DNA from: Gammaproteobacteria bacterium
GTDB taxonomy: Bacteria > Pseudomonadota > Gammaproteobacteria > Eutrophobiales > Eutrophobiaceae
Assembly: GCA_965116495.1 (NCBI GenBank)
Contig: OZ220696.1
Location: forward strand, 384,001 to 448,000
Direction of reading: 5' to 3'
DNA: 64,000 nucleotides
Each line of letters starts with the position of its first letter. Position 1 is the stretch's first letter. Below are positions 10,220 to 20,522 of the stretch, in pieces. The notes under the pieces were generated by a model. It had not been told where the DNA came from and made no database searches. It saw nothing but the letters and a program-made list of their open reading frames with translations. The translations under genes and the position numbers were made by a program.

Positions 10220-10415
10220 TCAGGAACCCCAGGAATTCATAAGCGCCGCGCTATGGTAAACCGTACCAAACATTAAATGAATGTTCAGTAGTGCCGCCTC
10301 ATGCAGCTCTACCGCCGGAGAGCCAACACACTCTTCCGGAACAACAATATTATAACCACGCATAAAACCGTCCCTATGGTAGAGTCCACGCATACGTTAG
10401 TGGCCACACCCGCTG
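10220..10415 (-). pseudogene. 3' remnant of isochorismatase-family cysteine hydrolase, frameshifted
   Basis: Manual translation AGVATNVCVDSTI / 1-nt deletion / DGFMRGYNIVVPEECVGS...HEAALLNIHLMFGTV; 5' part absent. Confidence 0.75.
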
Positions 10416-10468
10416 ACCTGCCCCCTTGCTGTTTTCAATACATTCGTACGTAAGTTGATGCTATTTGG

Positions 10469-12451
10469 TTAACTCACCAGATCGTCCACTGCTCGTAGAC
10501 CTTCGTCGATGGCTGTGTTACAGAGTGCAACATAACTGGCGTCAGAATTAGCGATCGCAATTCTGCCAAATCGTTTACGGGCTATTTCGTGTGGCCGTTC
10601 TCCCTCTTCATAATCTGGATCAAATAGGGAGTTATACTGACGTGAGTAGCCATGTGGCCAACGGTTTACGGTAAGACCAATAACGTCTTCTCTAACATTA
10701 AAACTTGTTGAATCAAACAGGCTTGCCAACTGTTCCCTGACTTCAACTTCATAATCTTCAAATTCCATTGATAATAATTCTGTCTGTCCCTGACTATGTT
10801 GATCCTGAGGGTTAAGCCCGGAATGCGGATTAACCATCCCACCAATCATGTATATAATCACAGGCTCTTCTGCATTAAGACCCTGTTTATGGTCACCTAA
10901 CGAACGACCATAAGCCAGACATTCATGTAAAATCCGCCCAGGAAAATAAAAACTTCCAGAACCGAGTTCAAGAAGAGGTTTACCGCTACGTAGAAAAACA
11001 CCCACTGAAATGAAGGGCATTTTGACATTGGCTTTGAGAGCATGTTGTTGCTCTACAGGGAGTTCGGGACAAATATGCGGTAAATACATGTGCCATCCGG
11101 CATAGATGCAGTGTTTAGCTTTAACGCGATATGATTCATCTCCACGTACGTAGCTAACTGCTACTCGACTGCCTTTATCGACATTTTTGATACTGGTAAC
11201 TGTTGAATTTAGTCTGATACGAACGTTTGATTCCTCATCATCCAGCTTTGCATAATTCAATCGTGCAGTGGTTAACTCTTCCATAGTTTTTGCTTCAGTA
11301 ACCGCAGGCACCAATTGCCTCACAAGGTTTCTAGTAATAATTGCATTTCCATCAGGTCCGTAGTGACCTTCAAGCGGTGGCATACTGTCAATTTCTTCCT
11401 GGATTTTTCTTCCTTGATCTCCCATCACATGCAATCCAGGTAACCCTGCCCAATGAAATGCTTGGGAAAGTGGCGTGCACTCGGTGGTCAATCCGATCAA
11501 AGCAGATGACTGTCGGGTAAAAATATGATCGGCTGTGTCTTGTGACAAGCCGCAATACTTTGTAACAAAAGTATTGTAACTCATGGAATGAAGAGCAGAT
11601 TTGCGCTCAACTTCTGATAAATCTTCAAACACATCCCTCGTGGACGTGAGGAAGTCATGCAACTCCTTTTTTGCCGCCTCAGGAATTGGCATGTCAGGAA
11701 TATGCTTAACCAAGTTAAATTCGCCATCCTTATTTTTGCGATTCATTGGCTGGATATCGTCAGTCAATGTAACTGCCTTGCCATACTTTTCCTTATCGAA
11801 ACAAATTGAAGGATTTAGATCGAATGCACGTAAACGAAAATCTCCTACTTGTCCTGGCTCGAGACGCTCAAAACTCACACCTATGTCACGCAATAGTTTT
11901 TTTGACTGCTCACTAAAATAGGGAGTTTCCATCATCACACTACCGCCCGGTCCCATGTAGGTTTTCCCATCGTGCGTAAATTCGATACGCTTGGCATGGC
12001 CACCGAAATCATCATGGTTATCAATAATCAGAATCTTTACATTGGGGTCACTGGTTTTTTGTTGGTATGCATAAGCAGCCGTCAAGCCGCTAATACCACC
12101 TCCAACGACGATAAGATCATATTCCTCATTCAGGTCGATTGACTTGCCCCAAGTTTTTCCTGTCCATGCGTGGGCATGAGCGGACTCGAAAGAACCAACA
12201 TGACTACCTCTTAGACCTGTTTTTGCTGGGGGATAATAATCCGGATCTTTCTCAGGAGAATATGAAGGAAGCTGATTCGTAGTGGCAAAAGAAACTCTGG
12301 GAAGAGAACTACCATATGTGGCGAGTGCTGCAGTAGTCATACCTATACCATGTAGCAGATCACGACGGCTTATTAGGCGGTCAAGACCTAACTCTCTTGC
12401 CTTCTTATCGTACTTTTTATATTTCTGCATAGGATTTAGATTTTTTCTCAT
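10469..12451 (-). CDS. Spermidine dehydrogenase (SpdH)-like Tat-exported flavoprotein
   Basis: SRRDLL Tat motif, YYPPAKTGLRGSH, GGGISG, DNHDDFGGHAKR, NRWPHGY, GRIAIANSD; AT-rich; start may be 12430. Confidence 0.8.
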   Translation of the reverse strand: MRKNLNPMQKYKKYDKKARELGLDRLISRRDLLHGIGMTTAALATYGSSLPRVSFATTNQLPSYSPEKDPDYYPPAKTGLRGSHVGSFESAHAHAWTGKTWGKSIDLNEEYDLIVVGGGISGLTAAYAYQQKTSDPNVKILIIDNHDDFGGHAKRIEFTHDGKTYMGPGGSVMMETPYFSEQSKKLLRDIGVSFERLEPGQVGDFRLRAFDLNPSICFDKEKYGKAVTLTDDIQPMNRKNKDGEFNLVKHIPDMPIPEAAKKELHDFLTSTRDVFEDLSEVERKSALHSMSYNTFVTKYCGLSQDTADHIFTRQSSALIGLTTECTPLSQAFHWAGLPGLHVMGDQGRKIQEEIDSMPPLEGHYGPDGNAIITRNLVRQLVPAVTEAKTMEELTTARLNYAKLDDEESNVRIRLNSTVTSIKNVDKGSRVAVSYVRGDESYRVKAKHCIYAGWHMYLPHICPELPVEQQHALKANVKMPFISVGVFLRSGKPLLELGSGSFYFPGRILHECLAYGRSLGDHKQGLNAEEPVIIYMIGGMVNPHSGLNPQDQHSQGQTELLSMEFEDYEVEVREQLASLFDSTSFNVREDVIGLTVNRWPHGYSRQYNSLFDPDYEEGERPHEIARKRFGRIAIANSDASYVALCNTAIDEGLRAVDDLVS

Positions 12452-13032
12452 AAAACCATGTCAATTGTATTGTTTTTAATATGACGCGTGCTCGATGGAT
12501 TATCAAGATTTTATTAATTGGACGAGACAAATAATCTAATTCATTGATGGTAAATTTTTGCGCCAAGCGTGATTGTTTATTTGCAGAACCGAATGACTCA
12601 GGCTTTTTTTGTAAATTGGTATATTCGATAAGCGCTCGAGAGAATGATTCTATGATTGGTTCAGGAGAGCATTGCTCCCAGAAACTAATCGTCACTTTTG
12701 CAAATCGCGCTTACCTGGAAAATTGACGCGAATTTATGCTATAGCGAACCAATTATAAAAGCCTTCTTAAAAAGGGCGAGAAATGCCCCAGACACCGATA
12801 TGTAAGTTAGTATTGGATTTATTTGAGGTGCTACTCGATATAGATCCACCCAAGTTGCGAGTTCAAGAATGGACTGAAAAATTTTATCGAAAGAGTAGAA
12901 CGAAAAGTTAGTATAATTTATATTTTTCGACTATGGTCGTATCCAGAATTTCATCAGGATGATCACTATATTTCATTTTCGTGATTGATTTATTCATTCC
13001 GACTTTTTAGATTATCTAACCAGTGAGATAAT

Positions 13033-13545
13033 CTACTCAACACGTTCAATTTCAAGTTTTCTCGTGCGTACGGCTTCTTCCAGAATCACAATAAGCTCCC
13101 GGTAAACGCCAAAATCCTCCCAAGTACCATCGAAACCACGGGGTACAACAAAGTAATCGCCCGCTGTTAAGGATTGTGCATTACCGGCTGCATCGGTTAG
13201 CACTGATTTACCGCTGAGCACAACAACAAATTGATCATACGGGTAGTTTCTCACACGGTTTTTAACATGCCCTACTTCACCCGTTTTTTTCGGTGTCGAT
13301 TCGAATATAGATACAGAAAGCTCTTCGCCCGTGAACAGAAAACTCCACTTCGCCAGGCGTGTTGCATCGTCCCATGGTGCTACTTTTAGACCAAGTCCAC
13401 TAACCATGTCTGTATTAATTCGTATCGGTGATATAACTTCCTTCGTGGATTGCTCGTCGGCATATGAGTTACTAACTGCCGTAAGTGGAATTAATAGCAC
13501 TAGTATTTTAATTACATATCGTTGTATCTCAGATTGGATATTCAT
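13033..13545 (-). CDS. Secreted cupin (DUF861/EutQ-like)
   Basis: Signal peptide; YPYDQFVVVLSG...AGDYFVVPRGFDGTW. Confidence 0.75.
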   Translation of the reverse strand: MNIQSEIQRYVIKILVLLIPLTAVSNSYADEQSTKEVISPIRINTDMVSGLGLKVAPWDDATRLAKWSFLFTGEELSVSIFESTPKKTGEVGHVKNRVRNYPYDQFVVVLSGKSVLTDAAGNAQSLTAGDYFVVPRGFDGTWEDFGVYRELIVILEEAVRTRKLEIERVE

Positions 13546-13658
13546 TATTAACCTCTAAATTTATCATATTAGCGGCTCGTTTCCTGTTCGCAGACCTTCG
13601 TAAGTTGCTGTATAAGCCAGTGCAACGTAACTTGTATCTACACAGCGTCCATCATGGA

Positions 13659-13672
13659 CTGACCCCATTCTA
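13659..13672. repeat. Solo remnant of family A end
   Basis: CTGACCCCATTCTA, 14-bp match to element right end. Confidence 0.5.
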
Positions 13673-13787
13673 TTTTTTGGCACGTCCGGAAATATTCTGC
13701 TGTTCCGGGTGAGCCGGAATCTTTATACATTATGACCTGTCGAATTAATTTCTGCTTGTGGCATCCAGAATAAATGCGAGTTCCAGT

Positions 13788-13898
13788 GGGCTTGCAGGCA
13801 TTATTGCTGCATCAGCAGGGAACGATCTTTATCATCCGTTACAAGCGATGCTTGTCGGTGGGGCAGGTGTGGTGATCATGTACAAGCTGCATTATTGG
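13788..13898 (+). pseudogene. Internal fragment of ammonium transporter (Amt family)
   Basis: Manual translation GLAGIIAASAGNDLYHPLQAMLVGGAGVVIMYKLHYW; no start, stop at 13923. Confidence 0.7.
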
Positions 13899-14141
13899 CA
13901 GAGTCGAATAGAAAAGAAAGAGTAGGACGATGTATTGAAATTATTGAACGTGATGGATAGAAAGATACAAGAGAGGAACACCGAAGTCTCCGAGGAAATT
14001 CACAGTTTGATTTAAAAGACAGTTACGCAACTATTTCCCATGACAATCAAAGCAAAAACTATTGGTTTCCGGGACTTGAATTGACTATATCTAATATATT
14101 TAACTTGGTAGAATTGTTAATTTCGAACTGGAGGCAAAATC

Positions 14142-16808
14142 GTGGAAAAGAAACTGGAATCAGGTACAAAGGCAATTAACTCCACTCGGAACGGGCAAAC
14201 AAGGCCTTTTGCTTCGGCTCTGATGCTTGTATGTGCGGCAGGTATTTTTTCATCTCCGGCTTTGGCGCAATCAGCCCTTGAAGAAATAACAGTCACGGCA
14301 CAACGCCGGGAGCAGAGCATCCAGGATATCCCTTATAATATTTCAGCCTATTCGGATGAGTATCTTAAGTCCGCCCGGGCCTTCGATATAGGCGACGTCT
14401 CTCGGCTCGTTCCGGGGCTCAATTTCAAGGACCAGGGCGCAGCGCTGCGTTCAAGCCGGAATTCTTTTATTCTGCGCGGCATTAATGCCAATGATTCCAG
14501 GCTCATATTCGGCACCGATGTCAGTTCCGGTGCAGTTTCAATGTATTTCGGCGAGACACCATTATTTTTTCCCATCGTTATGAAGGACATCGAGCGGGTG
14601 GAAGTATTGCGCGGCCCGCAGGGTACTTTATACGGTTCAGGATCGCTCGGCGGGACAATCCGCTTCATACCGAAAGCGGCTGAATTGGGAGAGTTTTCAA
14701 TGGATGCCAATGTGCATCTTGATTCGATGTGGGAATCCGATGAGGTTGGTTATGGCGGTGACGTTGCGGTCAACATTCCCCTGGTGGAAGATACCCTGGC
14801 CTTGAGGCTGGTGGCGAGCTGGGATGACCTGGGTGGCTTTGTGGATGGGGTCGGTCTTGTACAACGTGACAGCAGCGGCGAGCCTGTCCCAAGTGTAGCC
14901 GGAGACCTTGCGAGTGGATATGTGCTGGCTCCGGAAGAGGATACCAACGATACTCAATCTTACATGATTCGCGCCAACCTGCACTGGGTGCCGTCGGACA
15001 CGGTCGATGTCCAGTTGACCTACCTCAACCAGGAGAGTGAAGTAGATGATTTTTCCGGGGTTAACCCCGGCTTTGACGGGGGGCTGGTTGACGCCAGTCT
15101 CGCTAATTTCCCCGGGTCATTCTTTTCCAACGCAAATGCCTGTAATGGAGGCGTCGCATTCTCCAGGGATTTTTTCACCCCAAACCAGACTTGTCTTGGC
15201 GCAGGCGGGAATACGCTCTATGCGAACAGTGGCGTAACAATCCCTGATGCAGGTGACTACGATCACACCATGTTCGTCAAATCAGCCGGCGAAAGTAAGG
15301 CTGACATTTTTAACGCGGAAGTGAATATCGATCTTGGTATAGCTTCGGTTACATCTTCGACTTCCTATTCGGAAGTCAGCTATTTCAATACCCCTGATTT
15401 TACCGGCTTCGATTTGCCTACCAGGGCGCCGGGGGGGTCAAGTGTAGCGACATTTAATTCATTTTATCCGCGGGCTGCCGGTGTTACCTCTTCCTTTGAT
15501 GAAACCGAGCGGTTTACGCAGGAAATTCGCTTCACGTCAAATGGAGATAACAAGGTCGACTACGTTATCGGCGCTTATTATGAAGACAGGGAATCGGTCG
15601 GCAAGACTATTACCACGCAACCGGGGTTAAGTGAATTTGATACGACCATCAATGTGGCAAACCTCGGATTTCCCCGTGGCAGAAACAACGCTAATCACCC
15701 GGACGTCACCTTCGCGGAAGACAGGCTTTTCAAATTTGAAGATATTGCCGTCTTTGGTGAGTTGACCATGCACATAACCGATCAATGGCAGGTTACCGGT
15801 GGTATACGGGCATTCTGGCAGGAATTTTCCCACGACTTTGAATCGTTAATACCGTTTTGCGGTCTGTTTTGTTCAAGCCCCGAGCAGCCCCGGTTTTTCG
15901 AAGGCGGCACGACCGTTAATGATGCAAAGCGGGATTTTGAAGACCAGATTTTCAAGGTCAACACGTCATATGATATCAACGACGATATGATGGCTTATTT
16001 TACCTGGGCCGAAGGGTTCCGCCATGGCGGCGCCAATGCGCTTCCGCAAGGTGGCCGCCAGGCCTCTTTGCCGTCATTGCTGCAGTTTCAACCGGATACG
16101 ACAACCAACTGGGAAGTAGGTTTGAAAGGTTCTCTCTCGGAGCGTATAAACTATTCAATCGCGGCCTATCTTGTCGAATGGGACGATTTCCAGTTTGAAT
16201 CTCTGGTAATAAATGGATTTAAGGTTGTGCTGAATGGGGCTGAAGCCGAAACAAAAGGTATTGAGCTGGAACTGAACGGCAGCCTGGGTGAAGGCATGAC
16301 ATACAATATCGGCTATTCATACGTCGATGCGGAGGTCACAAAGGATTTCGTCGTATCAGACTATGTTGCCGGAACCACAGGGTCCTTTTTTATACCGCCC
16401 TTCACGGTACTCCCCCTTATTACGGTTTCAGATGGCGATCCGTTACCGAGTGTGCCTGACCATACCTTTGCATTCGCTCTCGATTACCTGCAACCACTCA
16501 AGATGAATAACTGGTCGCTTGCCTGGCACGTGGATGGAAAATACTCCAGCGACACACAATCGACATTTAATCAAAATGTGAATCTGGGACGGGATTTCTT
16601 CGAAATCGACTCCTATGCCGTGTTTAATGCATCAGTAGCACTGGAATCCAATGACAACTGGACTGCATCACTGTTTGTGCGCAATATAGGGAATGAACAG
16701 AATTTATCTGCCGGCAATACCGCAGCAGCAGCCGGCGGCGTGCACCAGTACTATTTCACCCTGCGGCCACGCACAATCGGTCTGTCCTTCAATTTCCGCT
16801 ACAATTAA
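14142..16808 (+). CDS. TonB-dependent receptor
   Basis: LEEITVTAQRREQ, IERVEVLRGPQGTLYG, C-terminal RPRTIGLSFNFRYN. Confidence 0.95.
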   Translation: MEKKLESGTKAINSTRNGQTRPFASALMLVCAAGIFSSPALAQSALEEITVTAQRREQSIQDIPYNISAYSDEYLKSARAFDIGDVSRLVPGLNFKDQGAALRSSRNSFILRGINANDSRLIFGTDVSSGAVSMYFGETPLFFPIVMKDIERVEVLRGPQGTLYGSGSLGGTIRFIPKAAELGEFSMDANVHLDSMWESDEVGYGGDVAVNIPLVEDTLALRLVASWDDLGGFVDGVGLVQRDSSGEPVPSVAGDLASGYVLAPEEDTNDTQSYMIRANLHWVPSDTVDVQLTYLNQESEVDDFSGVNPGFDGGLVDASLANFPGSFFSNANACNGGVAFSRDFFTPNQTCLGAGGNTLYANSGVTIPDAGDYDHTMFVKSAGESKADIFNAEVNIDLGIASVTSSTSYSEVSYFNTPDFTGFDLPTRAPGGSSVATFNSFYPRAAGVTSSFDETERFTQEIRFTSNGDNKVDYVIGAYYEDRESVGKTITTQPGLSEFDTTINVANLGFPRGRNNANHPDVTFAEDRLFKFEDIAVFGELTMHITDQWQVTGGIRAFWQEFSHDFESLIPFCGLFCSSPEQPRFFEGGTTVNDAKRDFEDQIFKVNTSYDINDDMMAYFTWAEGFRHGGANALPQGGRQASLPSLLQFQPDTTTNWEVGLKGSLSERINYSIAAYLVEWDDFQFESLVINGFKVVLNGAEAETKGIELELNGSLGEGMTYNIGYSYVDAEVTKDFVVSDYVAGTTGSFFIPPFTVLPLITVSDGDPLPSVPDHTFAFALDYLQPLKMNNWSLAWHVDGKYSSDTQSTFNQNVNLGRDFFEIDSYAVFNASVALESNDNWTASLFVRNIGNEQNLSAGNTAAAAGGVHQYYFTLRPRTIGLSFNFRYN

Positions 16809-16880
16809 AGTCCTTTGCAGTTATCTGTCGAAGCCGCCGCATCCTTTCCGGCGGCTTCATCCCGCACAGCAAACCAGTTA

Positions 16881-16900
16881 CGATCTGACCCCATTCTACA
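16881..16900. repeat. Solo remnant of family A right end
   Basis: CGATCTGACCCCATTCTACA versus CGACCTGACCCCATTCTACA at 22070-22089. Confidence 0.7.
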
Positions 16901-16912
16901 TGGGGAAACAGC

Positions 16913-18130
16913 ATGAACGAATTCAGGAAAGGCTGGGGTCCCTTGCTGGCCGCAATGGTAGGCATGATGTGCGGCTTGCTCACAATAACCAATTACTCAC
17001 AGGGCTTCTTCGTCGGTCCCGTTACGGCCGACCTTGGCTGGTCGGTGCCAGAGTTTTTCTTTGCGTTCACGATCTCGGCCTGTCTGGGACTAATTACTGC
17101 CCCGCTCATTGGTTCGCTCGCATTGAAGTACGGCATCAAGCGCATGGGTATTCTCGGACTCGTCGGGCACGCGCTGGCGTATGTATTGATGTCGCTGAAC
17201 AATGGTTCGCTGGCGCTGTGGTACCTGACATTCGCAGCCCTGGCATTTCTCGGAGCGGGTACGCTGCCGGTCATCTGGACGGCCGTCCTCAACGGCTGGT
17301 TTGAGAAGAATCGCGGCAAGGCAATCGGAATTACCATGGCGGGTACCGGGTTAGGCGCATTCCTGTTACCGCCGATCGCTGAGTTCCTGATTTCCAACTA
17401 TGGCTGGCGGACGGCGTACCAGGGTATCGGTATCGGTGCGTTGGTGGTGTCCTTGCCGATAGTCGTTTTGTTGTTCAATGAAAACCCGGAAGCGGGGTCC
17501 GGCAAAGCAAATTCGACAGCGCCGGATACAAGCTGGGGAGTGACGCGCGCGGAAGCGCTGCGCGGCTACCGTTTCTGGGTGCTCGGCAGTGTGTTGTTTA
17601 TCACTGTTTTTGTCATTGTCGGTTTGCTTTCGAATTTCGAGAGAATCATGGTGGCCCAAGGATTGGCACGCGCGGATATCGCAGGTATCGCGGCGACAAT
17701 GGGGTTGACCGTAATCATTGGCCGATTGCTGGTCGGGGTGTTGGTTGACAAATTCTGGGCGCCTGGGGTCGCAGCGGTATTTATTGTGATGCCCATCATC
17801 GCAATGCTGCTGATGAAATATGGCGCCCCGTCAATGCAGACCGGTATAGTCATCGGTATCGCCATAGGACTTGCCGCAGGCGCCGAACTGGACATGCTTG
17901 CCTATCTTACCGGCCGTTACTTCGGACCTGCACATTACCCGGCAGTATTCGGCGGCATTTTTGCTTTTTTTACGGTTGGCGCCGGTATTGCTCCACCACT
18001 GTTCGGCGCGGGCGCGGCGACCTGGAATGGCTACGGTATGGTACTGAACGGCTCGATCGGATTATTGCTCCTGTCGATCATATTGTACCTGAGCTTGGGC
18101 AAATACCCGGATGCCCGGCGTTCCCCGTGA
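16913..18130 (+). CDS. MFS transporter
   Basis: About 12 TM segments, WFEKNRGKAIG, GAELDMLAYLTGRYFG. Confidence 0.9.
   Translation: MNEFRKGWGPLLAAMVGMMCGLLTITNYSQGFFVGPVTADLGWSVPEFFFAFTISACLGLITAPLIGSLALKYGIKRMGILGLVGHALAYVLMSLNNGSLALWYLTFAALAFLGAGTLPVIWTAVLNGWFEKNRGKAIGITMAGTGLGAFLLPPIAEFLISNYGWRTAYQGIGIGALVVSLPIVVLLFNENPEAGSGKANSTAPDTSWGVTRAEALRGYRFWVLGSVLFITVFVIVGLLSNFERIMVAQGLARADIAGIAATMGLTVIIGRLLVGVLVDKFWAPGVAAVFIVMPIIAMLLMKYGAPSMQTGIVIGIAIGLAAGAELDMLAYLTGRYFGPAHYPAVFGGIFAFFTVGAGIAPPLFGAGAATWNGYGMVLNGSIGLLLLSIILYLSLGKYPDARRSP
18096..18127. repeat. 32-bp direct repeat, copy 1 (copy 2 at 20474-20505)
   Basis: TGGGCAAATACCCGGATGCCCGGCGTTCCCCG identical at both sites. Confidence 0.9.
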
Positions 18131-18404
18131 TGGGGTCAGGTCGCACAATGCACACCGCCCGTAACTGGTTCCACATTAAAAGGTTTTCAAGGATATCCCG
18201 AAGCCGCAAACGCTGGCTCCACCCAGACTGCTTGACCACTACGAATCGGTATTTACGACGCGTCAAAGCGCTATGGCTGCTGCCTATCGGTCAGGACATT
18301 ACACCATGGTTGAAGTGGCGGAGTACTTTGGAGTCAACAGAACTACAGTGGGCCGAACGTTGAAAGAACGAGCCTCAAGTGTGCATTGTGCGACCTGACC
18401 TCAT
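18130..18404. mobile_element. Non-autonomous internal-deletion derivative of the RAYT element
   Basis: Both 25-bp ends (one mismatch); short left subterminal segment joined to a diverged copy of about 20243-20467. Confidence 0.92.
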
Positions 18405-18500
18405 TCACGCTTTCTTCTCCCAATCGTCTGTGGTGTTTGTCCTGGCCAGTGTAATGATTTTGCTCATTGGTGTATCGGTTATTTATCTATTTTGAAGGGT

Positions 18501-19370
18501 TCAGATTATAAAGATTCCTGCGTCAGTATTAACCTGGTCTGATGAGATGTCCGCGTCAGTGTCAGTATTAACTTGGTCCGATGAGGTATCCGCGTTGGTA
18601 TCCACTTCTACCACATCGATGTTTGCGAAGAAATCCATTGTACCGTCCCCGTCGATATCGAGATCGAAGGTGTCGGGGTTGGTATTGATGTCGTGGATAT
18701 CGGAAACGAGATCGGGTTCAATCCAGCGGTAATATTCGCTTTCTTCGGTAATGATGAGGCCGTTTTCATCATAAACGGGGGAACGGCCGGTGCCGTCGGC
18801 GTTTTCGCTGATAGGAGCTTCGCGAGTATAGTATCCTTCTGTATCCATCTCTCCATTTTGGTTTGTGTCAATCCACATTTTTATTTGATATTGCTTGTTT
18901 TCCTCCAGGCCTGAAAACCAGGTAACGCTTCCGAAGCGGTCAAAGCCTAATTCTATCAAGGTATCGCTGGGATTATTCAGGACAATCTCTTCATAGTTGA
19001 TATGTATTATTCGCTGCCACTCGCCAGGATTGCCATTTTCATCTAGTTCCCGGATTAGTAGGTAGGTCATATTAACCATCTCTTGTACATATATTGGCCA
19101 GGTTTGTTTAGAGATTGGCCCTTCAGTCGTTGGGTCAAAGTCGGTATGGTGTATGTCTGACTCTGGTTGCCCCTGCCCTTCGTACAACTGATAGAAATCA
19201 CCATCATCATGATCAAAGTCCATGTAGAGAGCGAAGCCGGTTTCATTGTTGATTACATCGAGGTGTATTGAGTATTTGCTGGTCAGTCCGAGGTCGTCCA
19301 GTGTATTGCTGCCGGTCTGTTCAAGGTCTAGTGTAAATTCGGCCATGTCTTGCATTGTGGTTTTCCTCAT
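18501..19370 (-). CDS. Highly acidic hypothetical protein with Dx[DN]xDG-like motifs
   Basis: 289 aa, D/E/T/N-rich, DTNQNGEMD, DIDGDGTMD, repeated SSDQVNTD. Confidence 0.7.
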   Translation of the reverse strand: MRKTTMQDMAEFTLDLEQTGSNTLDDLGLTSKYSIHLDVINNETGFALYMDFDHDDGDFYQLYEGQGQPESDIHHTDFDPTTEGPISKQTWPIYVQEMVNMTYLLIRELDENGNPGEWQRIIHINYEEIVLNNPSDTLIELGFDRFGSVTWFSGLEENKQYQIKMWIDTNQNGEMDTEGYYTREAPISENADGTGRSPVYDENGLIITEESEYYRWIEPDLVSDIHDINTNPDTFDLDIDGDGTMDFFANIDVVEVDTNADTSSDQVNTDTDADISSDQVNTDAGIFII

Positions 19371-19441
19371 TGAGAATTGGAGAAATCTAAATAACCTTAT
19401 CTAATGCCGGGAGAATAAGCAAATTTATAGGCTTAGTGCGG

Positions 19442-20467
19442 ATGGGGTCAGGTCGCACAATGCACATCGCCCGTAACAGGTTCCAGATTGGCCTGATCTA
19501 TTTGAAAAGCAGGTAGACTATTAGTAGGATTTCAACTAACCTCTGAATAAGTCAGCATTCCGTAACAGGGATTTTGTATAAATCAGCTTTCAAGGATGAA
19601 CTTATGGCAAGACCTCTCCGAATAGAATTTGCAGGAGCACTCTACCACATCACCTCCCGCGGTAACGCACGTGCTGATATATTTTCAGATGATTTTGACC
19701 GTTATCAATTTCTCAAGCTGCTGGGTGAAGCAGGCAAGCGGTTTGGTTGGTTGTGTCATGCGTACTGCTTAATGTCCAACCACTATCACTTGCTCATCGA
19801 AATCGGCCAGCCCGGATTGTCTAAGGGAATGCGCTTCCTCAACGGCGTTTATACGCAACGCTATAATAAACGACATGCCAGAGTAGGGCACTTGTTCCAG
19901 GGCCGGTTCAAAGGAATCCTGGTAGAGAGTGACGCCTATTTTTTAGAGCTGGTACGGTACATTGTTTTAAACCCCGTTCGAGCCCGGATGGTGAGACAGG
20001 CTCAAGAATGGCCTTGGAGCAGTTACCGGGCCACGGCAGGGCTGGCACGCCCCGAACCTTGTTTAACAATTGACAGGGTATTAGCCGAATTTTCGGAAAG
20101 GTGTGACAGTGCAAGAGCGAAGTATCAGGAGTTTGTTAACACCGATCAAAACCAACCCTCACCTTGGGAGAATCTCAAAAATCAAATTTACCTGGGCTCG
20201 GATTCCTTTGTGCAGGAAATGCTGAATCATATAGAACCGGATAAGGTTTCTAAGGATATCCCGAAGCCGCAAACGCTGGCTCCTCCTAAACCGCTTGACT
20301 ACTACGAATCAGCATTTACGACGCGTCAAAGCGCAATGTCTGCTGCCTATCGGTCAGGGCATTACACTATGGTTAAAGTGGCGGAGCATTTTGGAGTCAG
20401 CAGAACTACAGTGGGCCGAGCGTTGAAAGAATGAGCCTCAAGTGTGCATTGTGCGACCTGACCCCAT
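19442..20467. mobile_element. RAYT-like element with perfect 25-bp terminal inverted repeats
   Basis: ATGGGGTCAGGTCGCACAATGCACA at 19442-19466 and its reverse complement at 20443-20467 enclose the transposase. Confidence 0.9.
19604..20434 (+). CDS. HUH Y1 (REP-associated tyrosine-type) transposase with C-terminal HTH
   Basis: MARPLRI, YHITSRGN, HUH motif NHYHLL, GHLFQGRF, YIVLNPVRA, WSSY, HTH VAEHFGVSRTTVGRA. Confidence 0.92.
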   Translation: MARPLRIEFAGALYHITSRGNARADIFSDDFDRYQFLKLLGEAGKRFGWLCHAYCLMSNHYHLLIEIGQPGLSKGMRFLNGVYTQRYNKRHARVGHLFQGRFKGILVESDAYFLELVRYIVLNPVRARMVRQAQEWPWSSYRATAGLARPEPCLTIDRVLAEFSERCDSARAKYQEFVNTDQNQPSPWENLKNQIYLGSDSFVQEMLNHIEPDKVSKDIPKPQTLAPPKPLDYYESAFTTRQSAMSAAYRSGHYTMVKVAEHFGVSRTTVGRALKE

Positions 20468-20473
20468 TCTACC

Positions 20474-20505
20474 TGGGCAAATACCCGGATGCCCGGCGTT
20501 CCCCG
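20474..20505. repeat. 32-bp direct repeat, copy 2
   Basis: Identical to 18096-18127 (3' end of MFS gene). Confidence 0.9.
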
Positions 20506-20522
20506 GGTTGGGCACCGGTACC

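Noticed and set aside
12417-13020. 92-aa ORF and a possible decayed regulator in the AT-rich spacer
   Set aside because: No convincing motif by eye; needs BLASTX.
18127-18363. 78-aa ORF and other MGSGRTMH-containing ORFs (1198, 1420, 21734)
   Set aside because: Translations of the family A end and an out-of-frame transposase remnant.
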